A stretch of 38,459 bases of DNA from an uncultured Alistipes sp. Its GTDB lineage: Bacteria; Bacteroidota; Bacteroidia; Bacteroidales; Rikenellaceae. Made by a program: the position numbers and the translations under genes. The notes beneath the pieces are model-generated. The model was given only the letters and a program-made list of their open reading frames with translations. It was not told the DNA's origin and made no database searches. Below, in pieces: positions 35,567-38,459 of this stretch. Location: contig CAZRJU010000001.1 in the NCBI GenBank assembly GCA_964600455.1, positions 1-38,459 of the forward strand, written 5' to 3'. Positions within the stretch are counted from its first letter, which is position 1; the number at the start of each line of letters is the position of its first letter.

Positions 35567-36928
35567 ATGAGAACGACCACTTTCTACCTGCTGTTATTGC
35601 TCCCTGTGGTGAGCTGCGTAAAGTTACCGGCCCCCGAGATCAATCCCCCGAAGAGCTACCTCTTCGGAGAGCGTTTCTCGCGGGATTCACTCCCCTACGA
35701 GATCCGTTGGTGGCACCACTTCAACGACCCCCACCTGAATAGGTTGGAGGAGCAGGCGCTGCGCCAAAACCTCAACCTGGCTGAGGCGGCGGCCCGCATC
35801 GAGGCGGCCCGACAAAATCTGCAATCGGCCCGGGCCGAATACCTCCCCTCGCTGGGCCTCTCGATCGAGGGTGAAGGGGGCAGAACCCCCGCTGCAGGGA
35901 TCACCCAGAGCTACACGGTGGCTCCGACCATCAGTTGGGAACTCCCGCTCTTTGGTCGCATGCGTGCGGCCCGTGGAGCAGCCCGGGCCTCGCTCTTAAG
36001 TGAGGAGTGGAACTTCCGCGGAGTGATTCTCTCGCTCACGGCTGAGGTGGCCACTACCTACTTTTCGCTACTCGAATATAGCGAGTGTCTGAAGATTGCC
36101 GAGGATACGCGCACGCTGCGCAGTCGCTCGGCAGCCCTGATCGATTCGCTCGTGCGTTATGGGATGAAGAGCCGCCTGGATCTGGATCAGGCACAATCAC
36201 TGCTGCTTTCAGCCGAATCCGACTGCCACCAATACCGTAACCTCAAGCAACAGAGCGAAATATCGCTCTCGATCCTCCTGAGCGAGAATCCGCACACCTT
36301 CCCTACCGAGGAGTGGCGCGAACGCCTCTATGAGGATCAACTTCCGCCGGAGGTTCCCATCGGGCTCCCCTCGGCATTGCTGCTGCGACGACCCGATGTG
36401 ATGGCCTCCTACTACGCGCTCGATCTGGCAGCCGCACGGGTTGGGGCGGCACGTGCCGCCCGCCTGCCCGGCATTTCGCTCACGGTGGAAGGAGGGCGTC
36501 TGGCCGATGATCTGCACGATTTGGTGCGGGGCGATAGCTGGCTTTGGAGCATCGCCGGGTCGATCACCCAACCCCTCTTCTCGTTCGGGCATCTGAAGGC
36601 TGCAGAACGCATGGCCCGCGAAAACTACCACGAAGCACTCTTTGCCTACGAAGGAGATGTCTTGCAGGCAATTGCCGATGTCGAGGGGGCCCTCTCAACC
36701 ATCCTCCAGCACCGCGAACAACTCACCCTGAGCGAAGAGATCGTGGCCCTCAACGAGGAGATTTTGCGCAAGAACCGCGCACTCTACCGCGCCGGCATGA
36801 CCGCCTATCTCGATCTGCTGGATGCCGAGCGATCGGCCTATGCCAGCCGACAGACACTGGCCTCATTGCGAGCCGGCCACTTTATCGACTACATCAACCT
36901 CTACAAGGCGCTTGGCGGAGGGTGGTAG
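35567..36928 (+). CDS. NodT/OprM-family outer membrane factor lipoprotein
   Basis: VVSC lipobox, WW..FNDP.L, SWELPLFG, P.GLPS.LL.RRPDV and LYKALGGGW. Confidence 0.93.
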   Translation: MRTTTFYLLLLLPVVSCVKLPAPEINPPKSYLFGERFSRDSLPYEIRWWHHFNDPHLNRLEEQALRQNLNLAEAAARIEAARQNLQSARAEYLPSLGLSIEGEGGRTPAAGITQSYTVAPTISWELPLFGRMRAARGAARASLLSEEWNFRGVILSLTAEVATTYFSLLEYSECLKIAEDTRTLRSRSAALIDSLVRYGMKSRLDLDQAQSLLLSAESDCHQYRNLKQQSEISLSILLSENPHTFPTEEWRERLYEDQLPPEVPIGLPSALLLRRPDVMASYYALDLAAARVGAARAARLPGISLTVEGGRLADDLHDLVRGDSWLWSIAGSITQPLFSFGHLKAAERMARENYHEALFAYEGDVLQAIADVEGALSTILQHREQLTLSEEIVALNEEILRKNRALYRAGMTAYLDLLDAERSAYASRQTLASLRAGHFIDYINLYKALGGGW

Positions 36929-36995
36929 CTCGGAAGGGAGTTCTGACTGCGATAAAATACCTGATTCAGGGTATCGGCCGAAAGCAAAAAAACGC

Positions 36996-37003
36996 TATAT
37001 TTG
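36996..37003 (+). promoter_or_regulatory. -7 box (TATATTTG) for feoAB
   Basis: TAnnTTTG 28 nt upstream of ATG 37032. Confidence 0.6.
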
Positions 37004-37031
37004 CCACGGAAAACGAAGGCAATAGGCAGAT

Positions 37032-38459
37032 ATGCGCTTATCAGAGCTAAAGAGTGGAGACAAAGCCGTCATCGTCAAGGTGTTAGGTCATGGTGGATTT
37101 CGTCGTCGCATCCTCGAAATGGGATTCGTGCGCGGCAAAGAGGTGGAGGTGATTCTCAACGCTCCGCTCAAAGATCCGATCGAGTACCGCATCATGGGTT
37201 ATAACGTCTCGTTGCGCCGCAGCGAGGCCGAGATGGTTGTTGTCCTTACCGACGAGGAAGCCGAGCGCCTGAAGGTGGGCGTTCAGTCGGAGGGTACCAC
37301 CGAATGTGAGACCTTCGACGAGGTGGTAGGCCAATGCGGAAAGCATATCCACATTGCACTGGTGGGCAACCCCAACAGCGGCAAGACCTCGCTCTTCAAC
37401 GCCATCTCGGGCAGTCATGAGCACGTGGGCAATTACAGCGGTGTGACGGTCGATGCCAAGGTGGGTTACCGCAACTACAAGGGCTACCACTTCGAGATCA
37501 CCGATCTGCCGGGCACCTATGCCTTAGCTGCCTATACACCCGAGGAGCGCTATGTGCGTCGTCATCTGATGGAGAACACGCCCGATGTGATCATCAATCA
37601 GGTAGTAGCCTCCAACCTCGAACGCAACCTCTACCTTACAACCGAACTGATTGACATCAACCAACGCATGGTGGTTGCCCTGAACATGTATGATGAGTTG
37701 GAGCAGAGCGGTGCCAAGCTCGACTACGAACATCTGGGAGCCATGCTGGGTGTACCGATGGTGCCGATCGTGGCTCGCAACGGCCGCGGTGTGGAGGAGT
37801 TGCTCGACACGGTAATTGCCGTCTACGAAAGCGAGGATAAGCGTGTGCGCCACATCCATATCAACCAGGGCTCCGTGATCGAGAGTTCGCTTCAAGAGCT
37901 CGACCGCCGTATGAAGGAGCACCGCGAGGAGCTTCCCTCGCTCTTCCCACCGCGCTACTTTGCCATGAAGTTGCTCGAAGGAGATCGCTTTGCGGTGGAA
38001 CAGCTCTCGTCGGCACCCCACTACGAGGAGTGGAAAGCGTTGCGCGACCGTGAGGTTAAACGCATGGAGGAGGCTCTGGGAGAGGATATGGAGACCGCCT
38101 TTGCCAACCAAAAGTATGGCTTTATCTCGGGAGCGTTGAAGGAGACCTACATCCCTTCACAACGCGAAAAGGTCAACCCGAGCGATGTGATCGACATCTT
38201 TGTTACCCATAAGTTCTGGGGATTCCCGATCTTCTTCCTGCTCATGGGCATCATGTTCTACTGCACCTTCAGCCTCGGGGTCTACCCGCAAGAGTGGATC
38301 GAGATGTTGGTGGAGTGGATTGGCGAGAACGTGCGCCAATGGCTGCCCGACGGCGTGGTAAAGGATCTGGTGGTGGATGGGGTCATCGGAGGTGTGGGCA
38401 GTGTCATCGTCTTTCTGCCCAACATCATGATCCTCTACCTCTTCATCTCTTTTATGGAA
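37032..38459 (+). CDS. feoB: Ferrous iron transporter FeoB with fused N-terminal FeoA domain; runs off the window
   Basis: Not in the ORF track. Hand translation gives MRLSELKSGDKAVIVKVLGHGGFRRRILEMGF...APLKDPIEY (FeoA), then ALVGNPNSGKTSLFN, VGNYSGVTV, DLPGTY, NLERNLYL, LNMYD and GGVGSVIVFLPNI. Confidence 0.95.
   Translation, partial: MRLSELKSGDKAVIVKVLGHGGFRRRILEMGFVRGKEVEVILNAPLKDPIEYRIMGYNVSLRRSEAEMVVVLTDEEAERLKVGVQSEGTTECETFDEVVGQCGKHIHIALVGNPNSGKTSLFNAISGSHEHVGNYSGVTVDAKVGYRNYKGYHFEITDLPGTYALAAYTPEERYVRRHLMENTPDVIINQVVASNLERNLYLTTELIDINQRMVVALNMYDELEQSGAKLDYEHLGAMLGVPMVPIVARNGRGVEELLDTVIAVYESEDKRVRHIHINQGSVIESSLQELDRRMKEHREELPSLFPPRYFAMKLLEGDRFAVEQLSSAPHYEEWKALRDREVKRMEEALGEDMETAFANQKYGFISGALKETYIPSQREKVNPSDVIDIFVTHKFWGFPIFFLLMGIMFYCTFSLGVYPQEWIEMLVEWIGENVRQWLPDGVVKDLVVDGVIGGVGSVIVFLPNIMILYLFISFME

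Noticed and set aside
36950..36975. Fur box or operator upstream of feoAB (CCTGA-T-TCAGG palindrome)
   Set aside because: Only a 5-1-5 palindrome with a poor match to the GATAATGATAATCATTATC consensus; not supportable without comparative data.

Overview
GC-rich Bacteroidetes chromosomal segment, most likely Alistipes/Rikenellaceae-like. This is inferred from TAnnTTTG -7 promoter boxes before most transcription units, lipoproteins with acidic residues after the Cys, and the tamB/tsaD and FeoA-FeoB arrangements. Most genes are housekeeping or envelope genes: nadE (partial), a UbiA/MqnP-like prenyltransferase, EamA, an OmpA-like protein, der, a MazG-like pyrophosphatase, two FKBP-like lipoproteins, ruvA, ompH, cdaA, a TetR-TolC-MFP-RND-PII-like operon, tamB-exbB-exbD-tonB-DUF1573-amidohydrolase, tsaD, a FabX-like flavoprotein, an Hc1-like protein, a second RND pump and feoAB (partial). 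Five signals stand out. (1) A self-contained cassette at about 5.9-7.98 kb holds a promoter, an unannotated 50-aa YxxP peptide with a G9 tract, a chimeric fimbrillin/CBM26-like lipoprotein and a terminator, and is bracketed by 9-bp G4-capable repeat arrays. (2) Two different palindromic MITE-like elements sit inside operons with TTA flanks; removing one restores an ATGA stop/start overlap. (3) An FKBP lipoprotein has a Tyr-rich (YYGG)n insert in its flap loop. (4) The NadE glutaminase nucleophile Cys is replaced by Gly. (5) cdaA lies next to an efflux operon ending in a PII-like gene. No rRNA, tRNA, CRISPR array, transposase or integrase was seen. All family assignments come from motif recognition by eye, not database searches.
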